Shown here: piece by piece, positions 13,296 to 24,397 of the stretch
Layout: every line of letters begins with the position of its first letter
Position numbering within the stretch: the stretch's first letter is position 1
NCBI GenBank assembly: GCA_002104905.1
Contig: MCFE01000229.1
Location: 1-64,000 of the forward strand
Length of the DNA: 64,000 nt
DNA from: Basidiobolus meristosporus CBS 931.73
Taxonomy: Eukaryota; Fungi; Basidiobolomycota
Reading direction: 5' to 3'
Translations under genes and position numbers: made by a program
The notes under the pieces: generated by a model
The model's input: only the letters and a program-made list of their open reading frames with translations
Told to the model about the DNA's origin: nothing
Database searches by the model: none

Positions 13296-13816
13296 TGTTA
13301 TGAATAGACACAAGGCAGGAGGAAAAGCTAGGCACGGCAGGAAAGGACTTAGGTGTGGACCATCAAGGCAAGACAGGATTCAAGGCAAGGCTGTTTATTC
13401 AAGACCTGTGTTTATCAGACTGAGGAATACTTAAGGGGGGATAGGACTATATATACTTTTTGGCTATACTGATGCCAAGAGATATTAGCTAATACTAATG
13501 GGGTTGTGGGGTGAGGCACAGCAGCAGTGCTGGGGATAATAATAAAGAAGGCAAGGCACTGAGACAGGATGGAGAAGTGGATTGGGTCATCTGATCATGT
13601 GACTAACTCATGTGATCTGGTATTTCCATATATGGTACTGGACTATGAAAAATACAATGGGAAGCTTCCATGGAATGTTCCATTGTGTAACAATGGTTTG
13701 GAATGGTCAGGAACTTTCTGGAAGGTGGTAGAATGTTCCAGAAGGGATCTCTTAGAAATTGAGCTAGGAAGCTGAAACTTGGCATGGGTGTTCATGGTTG
13801 TCATGTGATCATGACA
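13296..13816 (-). repeat. 5' LTR of chromovirus (521 bp)
   Basis: TGTTATGAAT...CATGACA, similar to but visibly diverged from 6859-7387. Confidence 0.9.
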
Positions 13817-16701
13817 GATATTGCCTTGTTGGTCCACTAGTTGGTAAGTTGCAAATGGACATTCTCTGATGATCTTGAATGGTCATATCCAATGTTGTAC
13901 AAATTTCTTCCAAGTATTGTTTGTTAGCAATACCAAGCTGTCAACTGTCAAAGCCTCTGGTGATAGAGTCTTATTAAATCTCTGCTTCATCTTTTTAGCA
14001 CTTTAGAGACTTTTGCCTGTGCCTCCTGATGCTCTTGTTCCAATTTTTGGTGTATACTAGGCTCACTACGCTCAGCCTCCAAGTACTCAGCAACTTTTGG
14101 CTGTGTGAGATCTCCTGGAATCCTTGGCCTGCATCCCTACATTAAGTAAAACGGCAACTCTTGGGTAGTGCTGTGCACCCCAACTCTGCAGGCAAACAGT
14201 GCTTGGTCAATATACTCATCCCAAGTACTTATATCTTTATTTGCACACTTGGTGAGCATTTTCTCATGTAATCTATTAAGCCACTGAGTAACTCCCCTAG
14301 TTCTAGGGTGATAACCTAAAGTCTTCAGATGCTTGATCTATGCATTTGCAGGTATGCTTCCAACATTTTTGTCATAAAGTTGCTCCTTTATCAGACCAGG
14401 CTTCCACAGGGCATCCAAAGTTTATCAGGATGTCATTGTAATTGAGACCTGCAACTACTTGATCACTAGCTACTTGTACAGGTCTACCCACTGGCCATTT
14501 GGTGGCATGGTCAATTGCTATTATAATCCCCCAATTGCATTTTTCATTAGTGGGTAGTCTTCCAATAAAGTCAATTCCACATCTCTCATAGTCTCACAGG
14601 CTCCAACAGAAAGAGTTTAGCAATTCTCTGTGATTACCTTGGTTGATGTGGCAACTTGAGCATGTTTTCACCATCTTATCAATATCTTTTTTCAACCTGG
14701 GCCACCATGCTCTAGCTTTTACAGTGCTATAAACTCCATCATCTTCAAGGTGCTCATAGCCATTATGGAGCCTGTGTACTAAGTTTGGATAAGCCACCTA
14801 GTGGCAATAGGCAATAGGGCTTCCATCAGCAATTCAATGGAGTGTCACACTCTATACTATAAATTTACTAGTTTCATCCCAGACAATCATCTGGATATCT
14901 TGATCTACCTCATACGGAATGTCTTAGTACTCCAAATACTTTGGTAATAGGCTGAGCCAATCTTATTCATGTCCCAGATTGAGTTGAGCAACTTGTTCTA
15001 GTCCTCATAAGGTGTCAGTTACCATGATATTATCCCAGGGATGTAATCAATCTCCAGATCAAATTGTGGAATGTATTCACTCCATCTTGTCATTCTGCTG
15101 GATAGTACCTTCCAAGTAAATATATACTTGAGTTAGGCATGTTTGGTCTTCACAGTACACTCAACTCCTTTAAAGTAGCATCTCCATGTCTTTAGGCAGT
15201 GTATTATGGCAAGCATTTCCTCCATATGCACTGAATCTTACTCTGCTTAGTTCAGTTTCTTGGATTCAAAAGCAGCTGGGTATTTCTTTCTGTAATGTTT
15301 TTGGTGCAGTACTCCACCAGTTGCATGATTTGAAGCATCTGTGCAGAGTGTGAACTCTTTTCTGAAGTCGGGTATTTTTAAGCTTGGCAGCTTGACAAGC
15401 TAATTCTTGAGCATCTGAAATGCAAACTCACAGGCTATGGCCCACTTTAAGGTGTAGCCTTTCTTGAAGATATCAGTCAAAGGGACTGCAATAATTGCAA
15501 AGACCTTGAAAAATCTTTAATAATAAGAAGTGGTTCCAAGAAATTATCATGGTTCTGATATGTTATTGGGGTACTTCAGATTCTTGATAACTTCCACTTT
15601 AGTGAGGTGTAGGTAGCTCCTGCACTAGTCTTTATGTGCCCCAGATACTCAATGTGCTCCTGGAAGAACTCATACTCTGCTAGCTTGCTGTAGGGCTTTG
15701 TTTCTCTTAGCCTCCTCCACACCTTTTGAATGTGGTTGGAGTGGCCCTCCTTTTTCTTGTTGTATATTCATATGTCATCTAGGTAGATTACCACAAACCT
15801 GTACAAGTACTCCTGTAAGATGGTTTGTATCAAAGTCAAGAATGTTGCAGAGGCATAGGTGAGGCCAAATCACATACTAGGTACTTGTAATGGCTATATC
15901 TGGTCCTGAATACTATCTTGGGGATATCTTCTGGTTTCACCCAAATATGGTAGTATCCTGACATGAGGTCAATCCTGCTGAATATGGTAGCTCCTTTGTG
16001 CTGGTCCAAAAGCTCATCATTTCAAGGTATGGGGTACCTATACTTTGCAGTGACTGAGTTAAGGGCTCTGTAGTTAGTGCACCTCCTAAGTTATCCATCC
16101 TTCTTTTATGCAAAAAGTGCTGGTACTCCCCAAGGTGACTTGCCAGGCCTAAAGTATCCTGGCTTCAATAGTTTATTAGTTGGTTTCTTCATCTCTTCCA
16201 ATTCCAACAGACTCATCTTCTTGAGTGGTGTGCTCACGGGGGGGCATTATCCTGAGTCAATGACATGATCTATATCTCTGACTGATGGTTGGCTTACAAG
16301 CTCTTCTGGAAACATGTCTATATACTCCTTCAGAAGAGTCTGGACCTTTTAGTGAACTGGAGAAGACAGTTCATCCAGTAATAATGCCATGAGAGACATC
16401 TGTGTACCTTTCCTAAGTGCTCTGCAATACTTTGTCTAACTGAGTTCATTTGTGTTTAACATACCATAACTGCCCAAGTTGAAGTTCAGTCTGGTCAATA
16501 ATAGTTCATAGATCTGGTTATCTTTTTGAATCTGAGTGGTATGGGTTCTCCAATTGATTGATGGTTTATGGCTGAATAGCCATGTTTTTCCAAGTACCAG
16601 GTCAAATTTGCCATTTCCAAATATGTAGGCCAGTAAATTGTCTTCATAGTTATTAATCTGCATTCTTACTGGCTGAGTAAAATTGTTAATTTTGTGCAAG
16701 T

Positions 16702-17068
16702 TGTTGAAATACTGAACTATTTGGTATCCTTCAGCAGCAAACTTCTGCTTAGCAATTCTGGACTAGTCCTTGTCACTGTAGGACTAGTTTTCAGCCTTAA
16801 CTTTGCCACTTTCTTTCATATCTATGATCCTGTGACTATTCACCATAGTCAGGATCAAATTAGCACCTTTATTAGACTTTATGTACTAACCCTGAAACTA
16901 TTGCAGAATGATACTGAATGTTGAGAAACTCTCCTTACTTAGTGTTTCAGCTGTATTACTTCTACAAAGGTATAAATACTCAGCTTCTTCATGAATAGCA
17001 ACAATTCAACTATTAGTATTATTTCTTGGTAAGTTACTTATATCCAAGATACTTCTTATATTACAACA
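16702..17068 (+). mobile_element. Solo LTR of Copia family 1, decayed, opposite orientation to the neighbouring full element
   Basis: TGTTGAAAT...TTACAACA is the diverged reverse complement of 17328-17696. Flanks CAAGT/AGGGT are only a degenerate TSD. Confidence 0.75.
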
Positions 17069-17327
17069 AGGGTTCCCATCAGCTGTAGAAACTAACGTTG
17101 ATTTGGTAGGTTTTAAGTTGATTTCAGCTTTCAAGGCATATTGCTCTGACAAGCACTTATTTGATGCTCCTGAGTTAATTATGATCTTGGCAGGTACTCC
17201 ATTGATCACCCCATCTAAGTATATGAGTTTCCCTGTGTGTGAGGTCATTTGGGATAAGTGTTATTTAGTAATATGGAAGGTGAGATCTGAGTACTCTTTA
17301 TATACATCCACTACCTCAACTTATTCT

Positions 17328-20300
17328 TGTTGCAATTTAAGAAGTGATTTGTATATAAGGAACTTATCAAGAAATAGTGATAATAGTTGAACTTTTGTTT
17401 ATTCCTAAAGAAGCTCAGTATATATACCTTTGTAGAAGTAATAGAGCTGTAACACTAAGTAGGGAGGGCTTCTCAATATTCAGGAGCATTCTGTAAGAGT
17501 TTCACGGTTAGTACATAATGTTTGGTAATAGTGCTAATTTGATCCTGGCTATAGGGGAATAATTATAAGATCATATATCTGGAGAAAGTGGCAAAGTTAA
17601 GGCAGTAAATGAGTCCTACAGTGACTAAGACTAGTCTAGAATTGCTAAGTATATTTTTAGCTGCTGAATGATACAAAATAGTCCAATATTTCAACACTCC
17701 CCCTCAAGTAAATAATTTCTTGATCCCAATTTCTCTCTAAGGATCTCAAACAGTGGCCTAGCTAGGGGTTTTGTCAATATGTCTGCCACCATTTTGTCAA
17801 TTGGGCAGTAAACTAACTCCACTAAGTTATTTTCTACAGCTTCCCTCACAAAGTGAAGCTGTATATCAATTTGCTTAGTTCTGACATGATTAGTAGGATT
17901 TCTAGCTAATGACATACAACTTTGATTATCCTTGTAAATACATGTTGGTTCATCTGAATTAAAACCCAAGTCTTTGAATAATTTTTGTAGCCATATAGCC
18001 TCCTTAGTTGCTTGACATGCAGCCATATATTTGGCTTCAGTTATAGATAGGGCCACAGTTGGTTGTTTCTTGCAGTTCCAAGTAATAGCCTCACAAGCAT
18101 AAAGAAATACATACTCTCTAGTAGAGCGTCTGTCAATCAGATCCCTACCCCAATCTGAATCACTATAACCATCAAATATTTGCCTATTAGCTGCTCCAGA
18201 GTATTCCAGTAACATAGTTATGATACCTTGTAGGTATCTGAAAATCTGCTTAACTGCTGCAATTTGATCTGATCCATAATTCTGCATGAACCGACAGACT
18301 ATTCCAGCTGTCACTGCAATATCTGGACGTGTAGACACTCTCAAGTACATCAGGCTGCCAACCATTGATTGATAGGGAATGTTTTGGGCCATATTTGAGC
18401 TGTTTTCATCTATAACTGGCTGAGATTTGCTTAATTTCAGGTTATTGTCCATAGGGGCTGCTGCAAGTTTGTAATTTTCCATTTTGAAGCGTCAAAGAAT
18501 GTCCCTGATGCACTTAGGCTGACTCACCACAATTTTCTGTGTAGGTATGTCAAGTTTGACCTCAATTCCAAGAAAATAGCTCAATTTTCCAAGATCTTCC
18601 ATCTCAAACTTGCTGAGGAGATCTGATTTCATCTGTTTAAGTGCCTCTTGGTCACTTGTAGCTATAATTAGGTTGTCCACATAAAGAACTAGGATGATCA
18701 CACACTTTTTGAGCTGTTTCACATATATGCTGTGATCTGCAGTGCTACAAGAGAACCCAATTTCCTCTAGATATGTGTCAATCTTGTTACACCTTGCTCT
18801 AGGTGCCTGCTTAAGCCCATGCAACAATTTTATAGGCTTGCACACCTTATGGGGGCCTTTTGGACTGGTAAAACCTACTGGTTGCTCCATATATATAGTT
18901 TCTTGCAAATCCCCATTTAGAAAGGCAGTTTTGATGTCCATTTGGTGTGGATCTAGACTGTGTACAGCTGCCAGGGCTAGAACTGTCCCAATAAAGTTAA
19001 ACTTGGCAACCGGAGCAAATGTTTCCTTAAAGTCTAGACCCTGGATCTGGGAATAGCCTTTAGCCACCAATCTAGCCTTGTACTTATCAACGGCACCATT
19101 TGAGGTTATCTTGATCTTGTAGACCCATCTACATCCTATTGGCTTTCTCCCATTTGATAAATCTACCAGTTCCTACATTTTTGCCTTGATCAGTGATTGG
19201 TACTGCTCCTGCATGGCTTGATGCCACTTAGTAGCATCTGGTCCTTGCATTGCCTGTTCCAGATTCTGAGGTTTGGCACATAAGGCAAGATATGCTTCTT
19301 CATGATCATTGGATGTCTGCCACCAGGATACAGGGGCATTTCTTATTCTGGTGGATCTCCTAACTGGGATAATCTGTTCTGATCTGGAACTGGTAGAAGT
19401 ATCTTTCATCTCTGGCTGAATTTGGTACATATCCTCTTCATTAGTGTTGATTGCATCATCAGGCAGCTGGCAAATGATTTCTGTGGCTTTCTGATCTGAA
19501 TTCTCCTCAAATACAATGTCCCAGCTCTTGATCAGCTTCTGAATTTTGCCATCATACACTCTATATCCTTTAGTATCTTTACAATACCCAAAAAAGATCC
19601 CTTTCCTACTCTTTGATTCCAACTTTGAGCGTTATTTTTTCAGGGATGTGATAAAAAACATCACTGCCAAAGATCCTGAGGTGCTGGAGATCTGGTTTTT
19701 TGCCTGTATATGCTTCAAGGGTGTAGAATCACGTAGTGCTGTTGTTGGGCATCTGTTCTTGATGTATACAGTGGTAGCAACAGATTCAGCCCAAAACTTG
19801 TAGTCCATTCCCTTATCATATAGCATGGATCTTTCCATCTCTACTATTGTTCTATTTGCATGTTCTGCTACTCCATTTTGCTGTGGAGTATGAGGAACAG
19901 TGGTCTGTTGAAGTATACCAGTGGATGAGCAGTATTTTGCAAACTCTTTTGAGCAGTATTCCCCTCCATTGTCACTTTGTAGCACCTTCAATTTACACCC
20001 AGTTTGTGTTTCTGTCATATTCTTGAAGTGCTTAAACATCACTAAAGCTTCATCCTTTGTTTTGCGGAAGTACACCCATGTATATCCTGTCTTGTCATCA
20101 ATAAACGTCATAAAGTAACTCTGGGCTCCAAAGGACAGTGTTCTCATGGGGCCACATATGTCTGAGTGTACAATAGCCAGTATTTTGGTAGTATTGGTGC
20201 CTCCTGAGCTCTTGAAGCATTGCCTAGCTTGCTTGCCATATGAACATCCCTTACAGACATTCAATTTGATCGGGATTGTTTAATTTAGGCCCAAAACTAG

Positions 20301-22013
20301 TTGCTTTTTTACCAATTAGCTCATTCTCTGTTCCCCTATTTGTCCTAGCCTCCTATGCCATGTCTCCCAGTTTGTTTCATCAGTTTCAGCAATGTCTACA
20401 TGCTCAGGTACAATGATCTTGCATTGTAACTTGTATATATTGTGATCTCTAATTTCCAAAGCTAATTCTTGTCCATTTTCACTCAATATTGAGCAGCTCA
20501 GCTCAGTAAAAACAAATTTCAGTCCCTGAGTAGTTGCTTTACTGACTGAGAGTAGGTTCTTAGCTATTCCAGGTACATAGAGTATGTCAGTCAGTTTTAC
20601 TGTTGTTGCCCCTGAGTTGTCACTCATATTTAGTTGTATAGACCCACTGGCGGTAGCTTCCAATGCAGAGTTATCTCCCAGATAAACCTTTCTTACGGGA
20701 ATAGTCTTTAAGTTGCAAAACCAACCCTTTATATCACAAATATGCTGTGATGCTCCAGAGTCAATATACCATTCATTATTTTGGTTACATGCACTCTCTT
20801 GTACGGTTACAACTAACAGTTAGTCAGTAGTTATATGGTTTACCTGCTCTAGTTTCTGTTTTTTGTCTGCTTGTTTCTTCTTGCATTCTCTTGCCCAGTG
20901 TCCTGACTTTCTGCAGTGGTTACAGCAGCCAGGTTTTCTTTGGTTTTGTTGCTTTCCCTTCCTATCTGTGTGCCTTTCTGAACTGAATAAAGCAATATCT
21001 TCCATTTTCTCTGCTTGATCATTATGTCTGAGCTCTTCATGGAGAAGTCTTCCTTCGGCATAGTCTAAAGTCAAGTTGTCTTCTCTGCTTTCAAAAGAAA
21101 GTATAAGTGGCTCATACTTGTCTGGTAGGCTGCAAAGCAGACAGAGTATCTTTTCTTCATCATCTACACCAGCATTAGTACTGTGAAGTTCTTCTGCAAG
21201 TGTCTCCATTCTGGTAATGAGTTGTAGCATGTCATCATCTGGCTTCTTCCTCATGTTGAAGAACTTTTGTTTCAAATAAAGCTTGCTTGATACTGACGTT
21301 GCTCTAAAGATCTTCTTTAAGGATTCCCATGCTGCTTTGGCAGTATTTGAGGCATGGATTTGTCCAATGAAGGAGTCTTGCACATTGATTCATATGGCAT
21401 TGAAGGCCTTTCTCTCCTTCTCTTGAAACTTCTCCACATCTTCTGCTGTTCCTTTGGGCTCAACTTCCTTTCCTGTTACTATCTTCCAAAGTTTTCTTTC
21501 CTCAAGGTGGATCTGCATCTTGATTCTCCAAAGTCTGTAGTTCTTCCCATCAAACCTCTCCTTTACAGGGAAGATGTTGGTATTGCTCTCTATGCTGGTA
21601 GAAGTCATCTTTAGAATAGATTAAGGAGATTGGGGCTCATAACATGTTGCAATTTAAGAAGTGATTTGGATATAAGGAACTTATCAAGAAATAGTGATAA
21701 CAGTTGAACTGTTGTTTATTCATAAAGAAGCTCAGTATTTATACCTCTGTAGAAGTAATACGGCTGAAACACTAAGTAGGGAGGGTTTCTCAATATTCAG
21801 GAGCATTCTGTAAGAGTTTCAGGGTTAGTACATAATGCTTGGTAATAGTGCTAATTTGATCCTGACTATAGGGGAATAATCATAAGATCATATATCTGGA
21901 GAAAGTGGTAAAGTTAAGGCATTAAATGAGTCCTACAGTGACTAAGACTAGTCTAGAATTGTTAAGTAAATTTTTAGCAGCTGAATGATACCAAATAGTC
22001 CAATATTTCAACA
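17328..22013 (-). mobile_element. Ty1/Copia retrotransposon, full length (4686 bp), decayed
   Basis: 369-bp LTRs at 17328-17696 and 21645-22013 (about 20 substitutions by my count). TSD ATTCT at 17323-17327 and 22014-22018. PBS TGTTATGAGCCCC at 21644-21632. PPT TGAGGGGGAG next to 17696. Confidence 0.95.
17691..21608 (-). pseudogene. Copia gag-pol (gag, CCHC, protease, GAG-pre-integrase, integrase, RT, RNase H), with stops and frameshifts
   Basis: ORFs 21390-21608 (FDGKNYRLWRIKM), 20820-21383 (CNHCRKSGHWAREC), 19632-20264 (VHSDICGP, SDNGGEY, QNGVAE), 18492-19070 (QMDIKTAFLNG, LYVDN), 17691-18482 (YSDSDW, ADILTKPL). Integrase precedes RT. Confidence 0.93.
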
Positions 22014-22479
22014 ATTCTTGGCTACAATATGGCTGAAGCTTCTTGTTGACTGGTGTCCATTTCTTCTTAGAGGGCAGTATTGTGAGATGTGCCCATGCTG
22101 GTGGCAAGTGAAGCAAAGTCTTTCTTCTTACATTCTTCTGAGCTGGAATTCCTCTTCATAGCATCTGTACTATAGACACTGCTTCCAATTGTCTTCTTAC
22201 ATAGTGATTGTAACTTTTCTGATCAGTCACTGAAGACTTTATAACTCCAAATAGAGCTGAGTTGTAGTCATTGTTAATTGGAATGACTTTTTTCAATAGT
22301 CTGAGGTCTACAATAATTCACTTCCTTGTAAGTTTTTCTTTCAATTCTGATTCCTGTGGTACAATAGCAGCCTGCACTTGTGTGACTGGGCTCCATTGGC
22401 CAGTGCATCCAATTACTCTCAGTTAGAAAAGTTGATGGTATCTTGACAGCTTTGATGTAGACATTAGTTGGCATGATAC

Positions 22480-22807
22480 AGGCAGTTTTGCAGTCTACAG
22501 CTAATATTGTTTAATACTTATATTGCATTTAGCTGCCATTGCAATATCTGGACATATAGATACCAACAAGTAGGCTACAGGCTACCAGCTATTCAGTGAT
22601 AGGGAAAGTGTTGACCTGTATTTGAGCTGTTCTCACCCAAAACCCATTTACATGCTACTGGCTTTCTTGCCTTTTGTTAGTTTGCCACTCCCTTGTGTTT
22701 GTCTGGATCAGTGATTGATACTCCCCCTACATGGCTTGTTGCTACAAAGTAGCATATGGTCTTTGCATTGCCTGAATCAGATACTGAGGTTTGGCACATG
22801 CAGCAAG
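22480..22807 (-). pseudogene. Highly decayed Copia RT fragments
   Basis: Similar to 18300-18420 and 19230-19290. Confidence 0.55.
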
Positions 22808-23214
22808 CTCTATGAAAAATATCTGTGATGATTCCATCAAAAGGAAGCCACAAATTCTAAGTCCAGTGACTAGGAGGTATTGATCCCATCAGGACACTGC
22901 GCAAAGATTGTAAAAGTAATTGTACCCCAGATTTTATACAAAAATTTGTCAAAACATTTCATCACAACAACATATAAGTGGCTATTGATTAGTTCTCTGC
23001 CAAATTCTCACTATCTGATCCCAGGGACTCTAATAACTCCTATATTTGTGTGCACTTATTAGCTATTGCCTCTATTTCACACTCCTTACTTCCTGACTCA
23101 ACTTTTTCTCTTACTTTTCATGCCAACAAATTCAGATATTAATGTTAAGCTTCAGTAGTACTTCAATTGCCATTTGTATTGACCTATACACATCCCCATA
23201 CCCCACGCTAGCAT
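22808..23214. mobile_element. CMC/EnSpm-like transposon, copy d (terminal fragment)
   Basis: Starts CTCTATGAAAAAT and follows the 5132-5530 sequence. Confidence 0.6.
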
Positions 23215-23955
23215 TAAGTGTTTATAGTCAAATTAATAAGTTATATGTATAGTCTATCAGTATATCAGTATTATCCATCAAATCAGTAGCATTAGTCAGC
23301 AAATGAATCAGCAGATCCTTATCAGACAGAAATAGATATATTAAGTAGGATCTTATTGGGTGATGATGATGCAATCAAATGAGTCATCAGCCACTGCATA
23401 CATTAGGAAATACAATTAGTCAGCAATTGATCTGGCCAAATGTATATAAGGAGCTGCTGGAACCTCAATAAAAATCAGTTCAAGTTTTAGTGAATACAAT
23501 ACTAGCTAAACTCCCTATTCCTCTACAACTCTTATACTAAGACTTGTAACATTTGTAGCAGCAATAATAAAGAACCTCCCTGCTGAAGAAGGATGAAGCC
23601 TCCCTCAAGATGTCCAAAATCAAGAATGGAAGAATGCTATGCAACAAATACTGGTCCAGCAGTAGCAGTTCCTCCAGATCCTTAGCCAGCAGCAATAAGG
23701 AATGACTACCATGGCCCAAAGCCAGCAAAACCCTGTCAAGAGCAACTATATTGTGAAGGTCAACCAGTACCCTGGTAGAGTCAATGAAATCGTGGGAACT
23801 TGGCTCTTCTAGATTGAAGATGCTCTCAAGGCTAAGGGAATTGCTCCAGAAAGCAAGTTACATTATGCAGCCTCTTACCTAGAAGATGCAGCTTTACAGT
23901 AGTACCACAACACAATCAGGTCAGCCACCATGATGGGATGCTCAACAAATTGCTT
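23215..23955 (+). mobile_element. Decayed Gypsy family-1 5' LTR (to 23551), degenerate PBS and gag start
   Basis: Reverse-complement match to the 368-bp LTR, ending GACTTGTAACA. Followed by TTTGTAGCAGC (PBS remnant) and the first ~110 gag codons with stops. Confidence 0.85.
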
Positions 23956-24397
23956 TCCCACCACACTTACTTATTCCACATACAGTTGAAAGCAAAAGAA
24001 AATATAGCATCCTGCTTGCTGTTACAAGTCTTGGTATAAGAGTTGTAGAGGAATAGGGAGTTTAGCTAGTATTGTATTCACTAAAACTTGAACTGATTTT
24101 TATTGAGGTTCCAGCAGCTCCTTATATACATTTTGCCAGATCAATTGCTGACTAATTGTATTTCCTAATGTAGGTTGTGGCTGATGACTCATTTGATTGC
24201 ATCATCATCACCCAATAAGATCCTACTTAATATATCTATTTCTGTCTGATAAGGATCTGCTGATTCATTTGCTGACTAATGCTACTGATTTCATAGATAA
24301 TACTGATGTACTGATAACCTAAACATATACTAACTGATTTGACTAAAAACTGATCTAACTTAAACATTCAAGCGGCAGATCATAACATTCTCCCCTA

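Larger units (their letters stand above)
6859..13816 (-). mobile_element. Ty3/Gypsy chromovirus (Tf1/sushi-like), near full length, decayed
   Basis: Similar TG..CA LTRs at 6859-7387 and 13296-13816. Order on - strand: gag, protease (LIDSGA), RT (YLDD), RNase H, integrase, chromodomain. Multiple stops and frameshifts. No TSD. Confidence 0.92.
13817..22345 (-). mobile_element. Decayed Ty3/Gypsy family-1 internal region hosting two Copia insertions
   Basis: 13817-16700, 17069-17327 and 22014-22345 align in order with 24515-27990 of the intact element (IN, RH, RT, PR, zinc knuckle). No LTRs found. Confidence 0.85.
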
